A DNA stretch of 64,000 nt, taken from an uncultured Nitrospiraceae bacterium (GTDB lineage: Bacteria; Nitrospirota; Nitrospiria; Nitrospirales; Nitrospiraceae). Under the pieces are notes generated by a model. It was not told the origin of the DNA. It was given only the letters and a program-made list of their open reading frames with translations, and did no database searches. Shown here piece by piece: positions 1 through 9,065 of this stretch. Position numbers and translations under genes: made by a program. Numbering within the stretch: the stretch's first letter is position 1; the number at the start of each line of letters is the position of its first letter. The DNA lies in contig CAVPLT010000001.1 of NCBI GenBank assembly GCA_963706325.1, positions 704,001-768,000 of the forward strand, read 5' to 3'.

Positions 1-401
1 TGAAAGCGACTCCCAACATGCACGTGGCCGTCGATGTGGACCTGGGTCGTGCACTCAATCTGCTCCGAACTCGCCTCTGCCCATGGTGATAGTCATCGGC
101 TCCGGCAACATTGAGTTCACGCAACTGTCGATTGCCTTCCAGACATTGAGTCACCGTTCGAATCAGGGTGAGAGCGGGAGCTTCGGACTGAGGTCATCAG
201 AGGGATAGAATCCTGGATATCCGAACGGCGAGAGATGTGGGGGCAAGTGTCCAAGGTCAATATTGGTTGAGGCCGATTTGAGGGTGCGAAACAAATGTCT
301 CACATGATGCTAAATGCCAGATGAAGCCCCGCCCCTTTGATTTCGTCAATCCGCATACTGAATGGAGCACATAAAGGTAAGAAAATGCCGTCGTCGCACT
401 A

Positions 402-935
402 TTATGGCATCGTAGTCAGCCAAGGGGTCAGTGTGCGAAAGGCGCTCAGCATGGCTTGATACGAATAGGAGGCGTTGCGCCCACTGGGGTTTGGTAAGAG
501 CATGACGGAGGATTCGTGCAGCGTGACTGGTTGCAGTCCCGGACTACGACTCGGCCGCTTTGGTTCGAGAGGGAAAATGACGGGGTAGAGCGTGATTCCA
601 AGCAAGGCGATCAGGCGTGGTCGATACCGCTTAACTTTCCGCATGAGGGCTAGACGACCAGCGGAATAATCGTCAGAGGTCAGGCTATCCACACCTGCTG
701 TGGCTCGAGGGACGAGATTGGTAAGTCCAATGCCCCATTCCGGAAGCCGAACATCATCTCGATAACTGAGCTGTTCATGGACCAGGTTCGCTTCATAGAG
801 TAGCCTCCAGAAGCGGTTCGATGAGCCGGCATAGTGATGGCCGAGTGCTGCGGATCGCAACCCTGGATTAATGCCAACAAATAGTATTTTCAGATTGGGG
901 GCGAGATAATCCGGGAGCTCAGATCGCGATGTCAT
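402..935 (-). CDS. mug: Mismatch-specific (G/U) uracil-DNA glycosylase, MUG/TDG family
   Basis: Motifs ILFVGINPG, HHYAGSSNRFW and LPNPSGRN typical of MUG; GAGG SD upstream. Confidence 0.9.
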   Translation of the reverse strand: MTSRSELPDYLAPNLKILFVGINPGLRSAALGHHYAGSSNRFWRLLYEANLVHEQLSYRDDVRLPEWGIGLTNLVPRATAGVDSLTSDDYSAGRLALMRKVKRYRPRLIALLGITLYPVIFPLEPKRPSRSPGLQPVTLHESSVMLLPNPSGRNASYSYQAMLSAFRTLTPWLTTMP

Positions 936-1093
936 GTATCCTCGTATCGATTGGCCTCGTGAGACTCTTATCTGGTGATTCTGTTTGGCACAGGGCGATG
1001 AGGCGGTTTAGTAGAAGGCACGCTATTCCGCCACAGGGGTAGCGTTGTGTAACGTAGGGTAGTGCACAGATAACGTCAGGGCACATTTCATAA

Positions 1094-1106
1094 AAACAAT
1101 GGCTTA
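1094..1106 (+). promoter_or_regulatory. Putative IHF site
   Basis: AAACAATGGCTTA matches WATCAANNNNTTR with one mismatch, just upstream of a sigma54-type promoter. Confidence 0.45.
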
Positions 1107-1122
1107 AGCCGGTAGGCGCAGT

Positions 1123-1138
1123 CGGCAAGGACTTTGCT
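1123..1138 (+). promoter_or_regulatory. Putative sigma54 (-24/-12) promoter for the repeat-peptide gene
   Basis: CGGCAAGGACTTTGCT has GG-N10-GC spacing with TTGC, about 55 nt upstream of the ATG at 1193. Confidence 0.6.
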
Positions 1139-1192
1139 TTAAGCAGCGCCGTCGGTGCTCAGCAATCTCAATATAACAGGAGGTGAGTCAGT

Positions 1193-1417
1193 ATGAAGAA
1201 GATGATGTTGACTGTCATGGCGGCTGCGTTGTTGGTTGCGTTCAGTGCGCCTTCTTTCGCGGGCGAAGAGAAGAAGAAGGACGAGAAGAAGGGTGGACAT
1301 TTCTCCCAGACCCTGTTCGGTGAAGAGAAGAAGAAGGACGAGAAGAAAGGCGGACATCTGTCCCAGACCGTGTTCGGCGAAGAGAAGAAGAAAGACGAGA
1401 AGAAGGGCGGACACTGA
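1193..1417 (+). CDS. Small secreted protein: signal peptide plus three identical GEEKKKDEKKGGH repeats
   Basis: Strong SD AGGAGGTG; Sec-type signal MKKMMLTVMAAALLVAFSAPSFA; cores at 57-bp period differing only by synonymous changes. Confidence 0.85.
   Translation: MKKMMLTVMAAALLVAFSAPSFAGEEKKKDEKKGGHFSQTLFGEEKKKDEKKGGHLSQTVFGEEKKKDEKKGGH
1262..1414 (+). repeat. Coding tandem repeat with 57-bp period (cores 1262-1300, 1319-1357, 1376-1414)
   Basis: GGY GAA GAG AAG AAG AAR GAC GAG AAG AAR GGY GGA CAY present three times. Confidence 0.95.
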
Positions 1418-1452
1418 GCCCAACTATTTCCTGGCGAAGCTAGCTGGCCTTC

Positions 1453-1484
1453 AGAGGTCTCCCCGCCATCGCGGGGAGGCCTCT
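1453..1484. terminator. Stem-loop between convergent genes (putative bidirectional terminator)
   Basis: AGAGGTCTCCCCGC-CATC-GCGGGGAGGCCTCT, a 14-bp stem with one G-U pair; no long U tract. Confidence 0.6.
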
Positions 1485-2011
1485 CAGGTCGCTCGCCGTT
1501 TTAATTCCTCTCGAATGTAGACTGATTGTAATCCCACGATGGTTTTCGCATCTCGAATGGTTCCATCCTCGATTTTCAAAATTGCTTCCTGCAGTGGCAT
1601 CTCCACCACCTCTAAGACCTCATCTTGATCTAGATTTTGAGTGCCGATTGTCAGCCCAGTCGCCAGATACACGTGGATGACCTCGTCGGCAAAGCCTGGT
1701 GCTGTAAAGATGCTGGAGAGCAGCTCAAAGCGCTTGGCCCTGTACCCAATCTCCTCCTCGAGTTCACGCGCTGCGCAATCCAACGGGTCTTCTTGTGGAT
1801 GTAGTTTTCCTGCCGGGATCTCGTAAATAAATCCGTTTGCCGCATGCCTGAACTGCTGAATCAGCACGACCGTGCCGTCTTCTTTTATTGGAACTACGGC
1901 AGCTGCGCCTGGATGGCGGATGATTTCTAAGTCGATGGTGTGGCCGTTCGGCAGGCGTACCGTATCGATGTTGAGGGTGACGACAGTGCCTTTGTAAATG
2001 GGTTTGACCAT
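1484..2011 (-). CDS. NUDIX hydrolase, ADP-ribose pyrophosphatase (NudF-like)
   Basis: Nudix box GKLHPQEDPLDCAARELEEEIG; HPGAAAVVP; QFRH; DAKTI. Confidence 0.9.
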   Translation of the reverse strand: MVKPIYKGTVVTLNIDTVRLPNGHTIDLEIIRHPGAAAVVPIKEDGTVVLIQQFRHAANGFIYEIPAGKLHPQEDPLDCAARELEEEIGYRAKRFELLSSIFTAPGFADEVIHVYLATGLTIGTQNLDQDEVLEVVEMPLQEAILKIEDGTIRDAKTIVGLQSVYIREELKRRAT

Positions 2012-2015
2012 AGTG

Positions 2016-3125
2016 CTAGAGCGTGCCAGGAGGTTTTTTGTAAAAGGGCGGTTTCACGACAACAGCCGGACAAGACTTCCCTCGAATATCGATTAAAATG
2101 GGTGATCCTGGCGGCGCTATCGCAAGCGGGACATAACCCATGCCGATACCCTTCTGCAACAATGGGGACAAATTTCCGCTGGTGACTTCGCCAATCTGGG
2201 CGTGAGGCGCCTGGTGACTCAGAATCTTGAACCCATGCCGAGGCACGGCCTTGTCGACAAGCTCAAATGCAACGAGCCGTCGACTTGCTCCCCGCGAGTG
2301 CTGGTCAAGCAGCTCAGCTCGACCGATGAAATCTCCCTTATCGAATTTCACTACCCAGTCCGCACCGGCTTCGATAGGGGTGGTCTGCTCATTCATGTCG
2401 TTCCCGTACAGCAAATAGGCCATTTCCAAGCGCAATAAATCACGAGCGCCCAGTCCTGCGGGTTTGATCCCTCCTGGGCGTCCCGTTTCAAGGAGGTAAT
2501 GCCACACCTCAGACGTCGCTTCGGCCGGGAGGTACAATTCATAGCCTAGCTCGCCGGTGTAGCCGGTTCGCGTCACGAGGACCGATCCACCGCACAGGGT
2601 ACCGTCGAGGCATTGCCGAACCCTCAGTGTCGCCAGCTCTGGAAGGCCGGCCGTCGTCAGAATATCACGTGAGGCTGGCCCCTGGATCGCGATTTGCGCG
2701 AGTGTGGACGATTGATCCTGGACTTTGCAGCTCTGGGCCTGTGCGACGTGCTTTTGCAGCCACGCGACGATCTTTTCACGGTTGGATGCGTTGACACAGA
2801 CCAGAAATTCGTACGGTTTCACATGGTAGATGAAAATATCGTCCATGATGCCACCTTGCTGAGTGCAGATCATGGAATACTGTGACTGGCGAACAGACAG
2901 TTTCGAGACGTCGTTCGTGGTGACGCGCTGCAAGAACGCCAGCGCTCCGGGTCCAGTGACACCGATGCGGCCCATGTGACTGACATCGAACAGCCCGGCA
3001 TGGTGGCGGACAGCGTGATATTCGTCGACGACGCCGGAATATTGGATGGGCATTTCCCAGCCGGCAAAGTCCACCAGCTTGCCCTGCGCCTGTCGGTGAG
3101 CGTCGATCAAAGGAGTCTGTCGCAT
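2016..3125 (-). CDS. gcvT: Glycine cleavage system aminomethyltransferase T
   Basis: DFAGWEMPIQY, GLFDVSHMG, TRTGYTGELGYE and GLGARDLLRLE motifs. Confidence 0.95.
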   Translation of the reverse strand: MRQTPLIDAHRQAQGKLVDFAGWEMPIQYSGVVDEYHAVRHHAGLFDVSHMGRIGVTGPGALAFLQRVTTNDVSKLSVRQSQYSMICTQQGGIMDDIFIYHVKPYEFLVCVNASNREKIVAWLQKHVAQAQSCKVQDQSSTLAQIAIQGPASRDILTTAGLPELATLRVRQCLDGTLCGGSVLVTRTGYTGELGYELYLPAEATSEVWHYLLETGRPGGIKPAGLGARDLLRLEMAYLLYGNDMNEQTTPIEAGADWVVKFDKGDFIGRAELLDQHSRGASRRLVAFELVDKAVPRHGFKILSHQAPHAQIGEVTSGNLSPLLQKGIGMGYVPLAIAPPGSPILIDIRGKSCPAVVVKPPFYKKPPGTL

Positions 3126-3183
3126 GGGTATAGGCGAAGTCCATTCTGAGGGTGAGGATGGATTGGCGCGCGGTCAGCTCGTC

Positions 3184-3627
3184 TTATTTGACTTCCAACA
3201 ACTCCACATCAAATACGAGTGTCGCATTGGGTGGGATCACGCCGCCCGCTCCACGGGAGCCGTAGCCCAGCTGCGGGGGAATGGTCAATTTCCTCTTCCC
3301 GCCTATCTTCATCCCAGCCACTCCTTCATCCCATCCCTTGATGACCTTCCCTGAACCGATTGGAAAGGAAAACGGGTCCCGGCGGTCCACGGAACTATCG
3401 AACTTGGTCCCATTCGTTAACCAGCCGGTATAGTGCACTGTAACGAGGTTGCCAGACACTGCTTCTCGGCCCGTTCCTACTACTACATCGACATACTTCA
3501 ATCCGGATTCGGTCGTCACCTCAGGATTCGAGCCTGCTTGTTCACCTTGTGCCATCGTTGGTCTCCCTATGCTCATCAATAAGAGGCCTACGATACCGCA
3601 AGTCATAAGCCAGAAGCGAGTATTCAT
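3184..3627 (-). CDS. FKBP-type peptidyl-prolyl cis-trans isomerase with signal peptide
   Basis: [20 protein letters not shown] and [13 protein letters not shown]. Confidence 0.95.
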   Translation of the reverse strand: MNTRFWLMTCGIVGLLLMSIGRPTMAQGEQAGSNPEVTTESGLKYVDVVVGTGREAVSGNLVTVHYTGWLTNGTKFDSSVDRRDPFSFPIGSGKVIKGWDEGVAGMKIGGKRKLTIPPQLGYGSRGAGGVIPPNATLVFDVELLEVK

Positions 3628-3710
3628 GGATCATTCCTTGTTTAACTGTTGAGTCGCGCCCAATGTATCATATCGCCCGAGTGTCTCAAATCGCTCGGGT
3701 TCGGCATGCG

Positions 3711-4913
3711 TCATCGATCTGGTTCTGAAAAAATCGCAATGCTGGCCGTATAGCCGTGAAGAAAATTGCGCCCTCCAACCGGGCCCACCTCGCCTTGAGC
3801 AAAAAACCCTGCCACAGGAATGTTTCCCAGTCGTTTCTGTAGAGCGAGCGCGTCATGGTTGGGCGCACCGAACAGACCTTTTCCGCGCCCACAGCAACTG
3901 AACAGCAAGGCTCCCAGCGGGGTCGATGATTCGGTGAGCCGGGGTGATGCCAGCAAAGCCTGGAGATCCTGATCGGCGGATTGCGCGTCGCGGACTTGGA
4001 ACTGAACAGTTTGCCCTTCCTGAACGACGTCTCCGATGACGATGGCCCCGGTCTGTTGATCGGCTCCGATCAGGTTGCGGATCAGAAAATCCCCTCGGCC
4101 AAAGTGCGCGCGTTGTTCATCCATGGCAATACCGATATGAAGGGCCCGTTGGACCTGGGCTCGTTCATCGGTGTTGAGTTGCCCAAAGACGGTTTGCAAA
4201 CAATGCAAGCCGGGGACTCCCCCCAATTCCTGGATGACATTGTGCTCGGCCTTGGTCACGATAAAGCGATCGCCGATAGGACGGCAGCCTTGGGAGATGA
4301 CTGAGCGAACTAAGATATTTCCAGTCAGTGCCACGCCCACTAATCCGTCAGCATAGGTCTGATCATCGAGGAATAGTCGATTGTCACCCATGTCCTGCCC
4401 GCCTCCAGCCAGCCCCCCGAGTGCGTGCGCGTCCGGGTAGCGCTCCTCGATGACGGTCAGCACATCCTGCATGGGTGTGGAGAAGGGATCTGCGAAGAGG
4501 AGCATCACCGGTGCCGACTCCCCGGCAAAGTCGGGCATCGGCCACCCTTGGAGTGAAAACTGGTCGTGGACGCTTGAAAAGGAAAGTCGCAATGGGTGGA
4601 TGGCAACACCAGGCAAATGAGCTGCCCATAGAGTGGCCGCAGGACCCGTTTCAACTTCGCGTCCAGTGGCAATGATTCCTTCACCGGTGCAACCAGTAAA
4701 GGTGTCTGGTTCCAGCGCCGTACGAAGAGCGCCTGAAAGGGTCTCGGCCTGATCTGCATGGTGGGCCGAGATGAACAGAAATGCTACGTCGATGCGTGAA
4801 GATCCCAACTGCTCACGGATGCTCCGCACCAATTCATCGGCGGCGGCCTGGACATTGCCTTGGCGGGTGAGAGCCGAGCCAAATCGGAGTGTCGAGGGAG
4901 GCGTGACAATCAC
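3711..4913 (-). CDS. FIST N/C-domain protein (NosP-like)
   Basis: GCTGEGII, GGLAGGG, SQGCRPIG, FSCCGRG and GFFAQGEVGP motifs. Confidence 0.9.
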   Translation of the reverse strand: MIVTPPSTLRFGSALTRQGNVQAAADELVRSIREQLGSSRIDVAFLFISAHHADQAETLSGALRTALEPDTFTGCTGEGIIATGREVETGPAATLWAAHLPGVAIHPLRLSFSSVHDQFSLQGWPMPDFAGESAPVMLLFADPFSTPMQDVLTVIEERYPDAHALGGLAGGGQDMGDNRLFLDDQTYADGLVGVALTGNILVRSVISQGCRPIGDRFIVTKAEHNVIQELGGVPGLHCLQTVFGQLNTDERAQVQRALHIGIAMDEQRAHFGRGDFLIRNLIGADQQTGAIVIGDVVQEGQTVQFQVRDAQSADQDLQALLASPRLTESSTPLGALLFSCCGRGKGLFGAPNHDALALQKRLGNIPVAGFFAQGEVGPVGGRNFLHGYTASIAIFSEPDR

Positions 4914-4948
4914 GGGTTAACTCTTCAGAGATCGGGTTTGCCGGTTGG

Positions 4949-5176
4949 TTAAACGCCCGGATTCATGCGTTGAGGTCGATCCAAGGCGAGTTTCTTATAG
5001 TAGCGCCACATATAGGAGTGATAATCATCCAGTTGGGCGAGCAAGTAGTGCAGCTCCGTCGGGTCTTGCGTTTCTAGAGCCCGAGTCATGCGAACTTTCA
5101 AGAATTCTGCAAATTTGTCGGTCTTGTCGAGCGCAGTCAAAAGCGTGAGTCCGCCTCCAATATGATAGTCCGACAT
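4949..5176 (-). CDS. Small hypothetical protein (75 aa)
   Basis: GGAGG SD; helical protein-like composition; co-oriented directly upstream of the FIST gene. Confidence 0.7.
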   Translation of the reverse strand: MSDYHIGGGLTLLTALDKTDKFAEFLKVRMTRALETQDPTELHYLLAQLDDYHSYMWRYYKKLALDRPQRMNPGV

Positions 5177-5269
5177 AGACCTCCCATGGCCAAACTCAGG
5201 ACAGGAGAATAGCCTTCGAATACTCTAAAAGCAAGTTGCTCACGGCCTGCCTGATAATGCAGTGTCGCG

Positions 5270-6541
5270 CTATGGGTGCGTGGCCGTAGCGGGCGAGAGA
5301 AGCGCTCGCAGACGCGGGATCGAGATGGCCTCGGCGCGATGCCCATCCCGTCCGACGACAGTTATGGCACTCGTAAGCGCATTGAGGATCGCTTCTTCCG
5401 TGGCCTCCACGGTGGCGGTGAGGACCGGATTGAGATGGGTGTCGGCCAGTTGCGTGACAGAAAAGGTTGGTTCGGTGGGATAATGGGGAATGACGTTCCC
5501 GGTGGAGAATGCCAGCATAAAATCCCCGCTTCCATGGCGAGCGGTCGACCCTGTCCGAGCCAGTCCTAAGGCGGCTCGCTTGCCGAGACGAGTCAGTTGG
5601 CGACTATCGAGCGGGGCATCGGTGGCAATGATCACGATGATTGACCCCTCGGCATTACCGGCGGTTCCTTCATGCCACGCAAGAAAATCGTTCTGTCCTA
5701 CATTCGGCAATAGGTGCGACTGGGCCTTATCGGCGTCATAGCGTTGGCCAACCATCACGCCGCCCATCATGAGTTCCGGGCGACGGCCCTGGTTGGCATT
5801 GACTAGAACCCCGACCGTAAATCCTCCGTTGGCATCAGGAATTTTCCGCGAGGCTGTTCCGATGCCTCCCTTAAACCCATATGAGATCATGCCGGTGCCG
5901 GCTCCCACGCTTCCTTCCCTGACGGGCCCTGACGACGCCTCATCCAAGGCCTGCATGACATTGGCTTCCGAGACGTGACGACCTTGGATATCATTCAGGC
6001 GACCATCATCACATTCCGCCACGACGGGAGTCAGAGTGTCATCGGTAATCCCGATGCCGGGATATTGTCGGAGCATCCAGCTGATGACTCCGTTTGCCAC
6101 ACGAGGCACGTTGAGGGTGTTGGTCAATGCAATCGGGTATTCGAGGAAGCCTGATTCCGCCACCCAGGCCAGGCCGGTCATTTCACCTGTGCCGTTTAGG
6201 ACAAACGCTCCCGCCGGGACTTTCTTCCGCCACACATCTTCTCTCGGCAGGATCACCGTCACGCCGGTTCTGACCGGTCCCACTCCCGGTCTGAGGGCGC
6301 CTTCTCCTCGCGACAAGGTCACGTGGCCGACTTTCACGCCGGGCACGTCGGTGATGGCATTCAACGGTCCCGTCGGCAGCTGCCCGAGGTTCATTCCCAG
6401 GTTGCGCGCACGCACTCGGGACTGGTCTGATGGGGTCGAAGCCTCCAGGCTCCAGACAGGGGAAGCATAGGCGGCCAAAAGGGTTATCGCGCAGGCCGTG
6501 GCTGCGCAGAAACGTGTTTTCGACGGTTTCATGTTTGGCAT
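5270..6541 (-). CDS. P1/S58 family peptidase (DmpA-like L-aminopeptidase/D-esterase), exported
   Basis: NAITDVPGVKVGH, VRTGVTVI, VGAGTGM, autocleavage site EG-SIIV, HGSGDF; N-terminal signal-like segment. Confidence 0.9.
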   Translation of the reverse strand: MPNMKPSKTRFCAATACAITLLAAYASPVWSLEASTPSDQSRVRARNLGMNLGQLPTGPLNAITDVPGVKVGHVTLSRGEGALRPGVGPVRTGVTVILPREDVWRKKVPAGAFVLNGTGEMTGLAWVAESGFLEYPIALTNTLNVPRVANGVISWMLRQYPGIGITDDTLTPVVAECDDGRLNDIQGRHVSEANVMQALDEASSGPVREGSVGAGTGMISYGFKGGIGTASRKIPDANGGFTVGVLVNANQGRRPELMMGGVMVGQRYDADKAQSHLLPNVGQNDFLAWHEGTAGNAEGSIIVIIATDAPLDSRQLTRLGKRAALGLARTGSTARHGSGDFMLAFSTGNVIPHYPTEPTFSVTQLADTHLNPVLTATVEATEEAILNALTSAITVVGRDGHRAEAISIPRLRALLSPATATHP

Positions 6542-6777
6542 AACGATCCTCCGCTTTGAGGAGTCTTAGCCGGTCGGCCGACGTAGAACTCGTAGATGGT
6601 CCCTTGGGTCTGGATCGCCACAGTCATACGAGGGATGCTCACGCCGGATAGCCGCTCCCGGCGACAGTGCTTAGGTTCCCTCTCCCTGACGAACACTATC
6701 TGACGCGCCGGTGTGATGACCCTTACATAAGCGTGGCGACTTCCTGGAACGCATCGTGGTGCCGTGAATTAAGACGT

Positions 6778-7635
6778 TCACTGGGCCGAAGGTGCTCCAT
6801 GATTTCGGATGATGAGGTCCCACGCTTGCTGGGCAGTTTCTGCAAAGTGAAACAATGCGAGATCGTCCGTGGCAATCAGACCGTCTTCCACCAACAACGG
6901 CCACTTGATGAGACGTTCCCAAAAGGCTTGGCCCACGAGAACGATGGTAATATTGCGGATTTTGCCCGTCTGGAGAAGCGTCAGCGTCTCGAACAGTTCG
7001 TCGAGCGTGCCGAACCCGCCGGGAAATACGACCAAGGCCCTGGCGCGTAGAAGGAAGTGCATCTTGCGCAGGGCGAAATAGCGAAATTGGAAGCAGAGAT
7101 CCGGCGTGATGTAGGGGTTGGGGTACTGTTCGTGGGGGAGTGTGATGTTGAGCCCCATGGACTTTGCGTTCGCATCAGCTGCTCCCCGGTTGGCGGCCTC
7201 CATGATGCCTGGGCCTCCGCCGGTGACGATGACGTATTCGCATTGACCATCGAGTTGACAGGTGGCGGACACGAGCCGGCCAAACTCCCGCGCGATGTCA
7301 TAATAGTGGGCCAGAGCGAGCCGACGCTCCGCCACGGCCATACGCTGTTGCAGCGTTCGGTTCTGCGGGCTGGCAAGCGACTCCGCTGTCGCCTCCTCCA
7401 AGGCTCGGCGCGCGAGCGCGGGTTCGAGAAGTCGCGCACTCCCAAAGACTACAATGGTTGAACGGATGCGGTGCTCTGCCTGAATGAGTTCCGGCTTGAG
7501 CGACTCCAATCCCAACCTCATAGGGCGAAGCTCATCGCGTTGCAGAAGCTCGATGTCTCGATCGGCTGGGATGTAGGAGGATGACGTGACGGCGTTGTAA
7601 CGGCCCGTGGAATCGTCGGCTGAACCAGCACCCAT
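6778..7635 (-). CDS. LOG family protein (TIGR00730-type nucleotide monophosphate nucleosidase)
   Basis: VFGSAR, TGGGPGIMEAANRGA and FPGGFGTLDELFE; start set at ATG 7635 from promoter geometry. Confidence 0.88.
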   Translation of the reverse strand: MGAGSADDSTGRYNAVTSSSYIPADRDIELLQRDELRPMRLGLESLKPELIQAEHRIRSTIVVFGSARLLEPALARRALEEATAESLASPQNRTLQQRMAVAERRLALAHYYDIAREFGRLVSATCQLDGQCEYVIVTGGGPGIMEAANRGAADANAKSMGLNITLPHEQYPNPYITPDLCFQFRYFALRKMHFLLRARALVVFPGGFGTLDELFETLTLLQTGKIRNITIVLVGQAFWERLIKWPLLVEDGLIATDDLALFHFAETAQQAWDLIIRNHGAPSAQ

Positions 7636-7642
7636 GGCCGGC

Positions 7643-7671
7643 ATTATACCGAGATGCCCCGTGGGCGGCAA
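7643..7671 (-). promoter_or_regulatory. sigma70 promoter TTGCCG-17-TATAAT, 7 nt from the LOG ATG
   Basis: Direct reading of the minus strand. Confidence 0.65.
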
Positions 7672-7699
7672 TTCACTGCATTGTGAGTAAGACCGATTG

Positions 7700-8122
7700 T
7701 CAGAAGGGATAGGGCGTGAAGAGGGGTTCCGGCCTGTGCCGTACAAAGGCTTGGTGCATGATGACCCAGTTCGCGTCACAGATCAGCTCGTAGGCGTCCG
7801 CGCCGAAGCCTGACCGAGACAAGACCAGATCAGGATCCACGGGCGACCACGGTTTCACCAGCCATCCAAAGTTCACCCGAGAGTATTTCGCGTTAAGAAA
7901 CCGATAGGTCACGATGGAGCCCGTTTCAGCTTCGGTTATGGAGTCGGGGGCTCCCAACACCTCGACGACATCTATTAGTGTTGTGCGGCCTTCATTGATG
8001 AAGGCGACATGTTGTGGCGTAAGAGGCGTATTGATGGTGAGGCGTGCGACATTGCAGCCCGCCAGGGTTGTGCTGGTCAGAATAGCGAGTCCTAAAATGC
8101 GTAGCAGGTAACAGCTGGTCAT
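7700..8122 (-). CDS. Putative lipoprotein, SmpA/OmlA (BamE)-like
   Basis: Lipobox LAGC; INEGRTTLIDVVEVLGAP motif; paralog of the next gene. Confidence 0.65.
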   Translation of the reverse strand: MTSCYLLRILGLAILTSTTLAGCNVARLTINTPLTPQHVAFINEGRTTLIDVVEVLGAPDSITEAETGSIVTYRFLNAKYSRVNFGWLVKPWSPVDPDLVLSRSGFGADAYELICDANWVIMHQAFVRHRPEPLFTPYPF

Positions 8123-8129
8123 GAGGGGG

Positions 8130-8510
8130 TCAGTCTCCAAAGGGCCAAAAGCGGAATTCGAGACCCTCTGTTCGTTTGGAGGCAATCACTTCCTCTACTA
8201 TTCCTTCTCGACTGATCAACACGAATAGGTCATCGCTTTTCACTGACACGCGCGAAAAGTTTACTAAGATCAAGAGCAAGCTTCCGACCTTAGCATCATA
8301 ACGATAATACTGAAACAAGTCGCGACCGTTCAGTTGCAGGACTCGGTCCGGAGCGCCTAGCTGTGCCAACACCTCGGCTGTGGTCGACGTCCCTTTTTTG
8401 ATGGCATTGATGGACTCTGTTTTAAGCTCGTCACCAAGTGTGCCTCGGCTAAACGCGCAGGCGTTCAACGTCAGCATCAAGACAGCCATAAGTACTCCAG
8501 TTACTCGCAT
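8130..8510 (-). CDS. Putative lipoprotein, SmpA/OmlA (BamE)-like
   Basis: SD GGAGGAGG; lipobox LNAC; IKKGTSTTAEVLAQLGAPD motif. Confidence 0.7.
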   Translation of the reverse strand: MRVTGVLMAVLMLTLNACAFSRGTLGDELKTESINAIKKGTSTTAEVLAQLGAPDRVLQLNGRDLFQYYRYDAKVGSLLLILVNFSRVSVKSDDLFVLISREGIVEEVIASKRTEGLEFRFWPFGD

Positions 8511-8546
8511 GCAAGATCCTCCTCCATAATGCTCGGATGAGATCGG

Positions 8547-9065
8547 TTAAACCTCATTGTCGGCGCTGTGACTGTGGGGCAGGACGAAATCCGATTCATA
8601 GATGTGGTAGGTCGAGAGAGAGAGCCCGACTCGATCATAGACATATTTGGCGACACGATTGCTTCCCTCGACATAGAGCCGGACGCCGCACACATCGGTC
8701 CGCGATGTCGCCAGGTCCAGAATGGCGCGATGCATGTGCCGGTACACACCCTTTCGTCGCCATGCCGGGTGCACGTACACGCTTTGGATCCACCAAAACA
8801 GGGCATTCCGCCAGTCGCTCCACTCATAGGTGATGAGAAGCTGCCCTATGGTCACTGTATCGACTGGCGGATCTTGCTGCAAGACTGCGACGAAATATTG
8901 TCCTCGCTCAGGCTGGTCGATGACAGCTTGGGTGCCCATACGTAATCGTGCTCGGTCCAAGGTGCGCTGTTCCGTCTCACTGGCCATGGCGGCGCTGAAT
9001 TCTGTCAAGGTCTCCAGGTCCTCATGCGTGGCCCGTCGTATCATGAGGTGATCAGCCAACGTCAT
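8547..9065 (-). CDS. GNAT family N-acetyltransferase
   Basis: TYEWSDWRN, QSVYVHPAWRRKGVY and N..A..VYDRVG. Confidence 0.9.
   Translation of the reverse strand: MTLADHLMIRRATHEDLETLTEFSAAMASETEQRTLDRARLRMGTQAVIDQPERGQYFVAVLQQDPPVDTVTIGQLLITYEWSDWRNALFWWIQSVYVHPAWRRKGVYRHMHRAILDLATSRTDVCGVRLYVEGSNRVAKYVYDRVGLSLSTYHIYESDFVLPHSHSADNEV

Noticed and set aside
1..160. Open minus-strand frame running off the window start
   Set aside because: No recognisable motif or clear start, so it cannot be supported as a CDS
337..349. TTGAT-TTC-GTCAA as an FNR box
   Set aside because: Spacer is 3 nt rather than the required 4
1262..1414. Repeat-spacer pattern as a mini CRISPR array
   Set aside because: Repeats vary at third codon positions, the 18-nt spacers resemble each other, the whole lies in frame in a CDS, and there are no cas genes
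1139..1423. Antisense hydrophobic repeat ORF (94 aa)
   Set aside because: It is the mirror of the Lys/Glu repeat gene; the SD, signal peptide and promoter all support the + strand
3126..3183. Glycine riboswitch upstream of gcvT
   Set aside because: The gap is only 58 nt and lacks aptamer motifs
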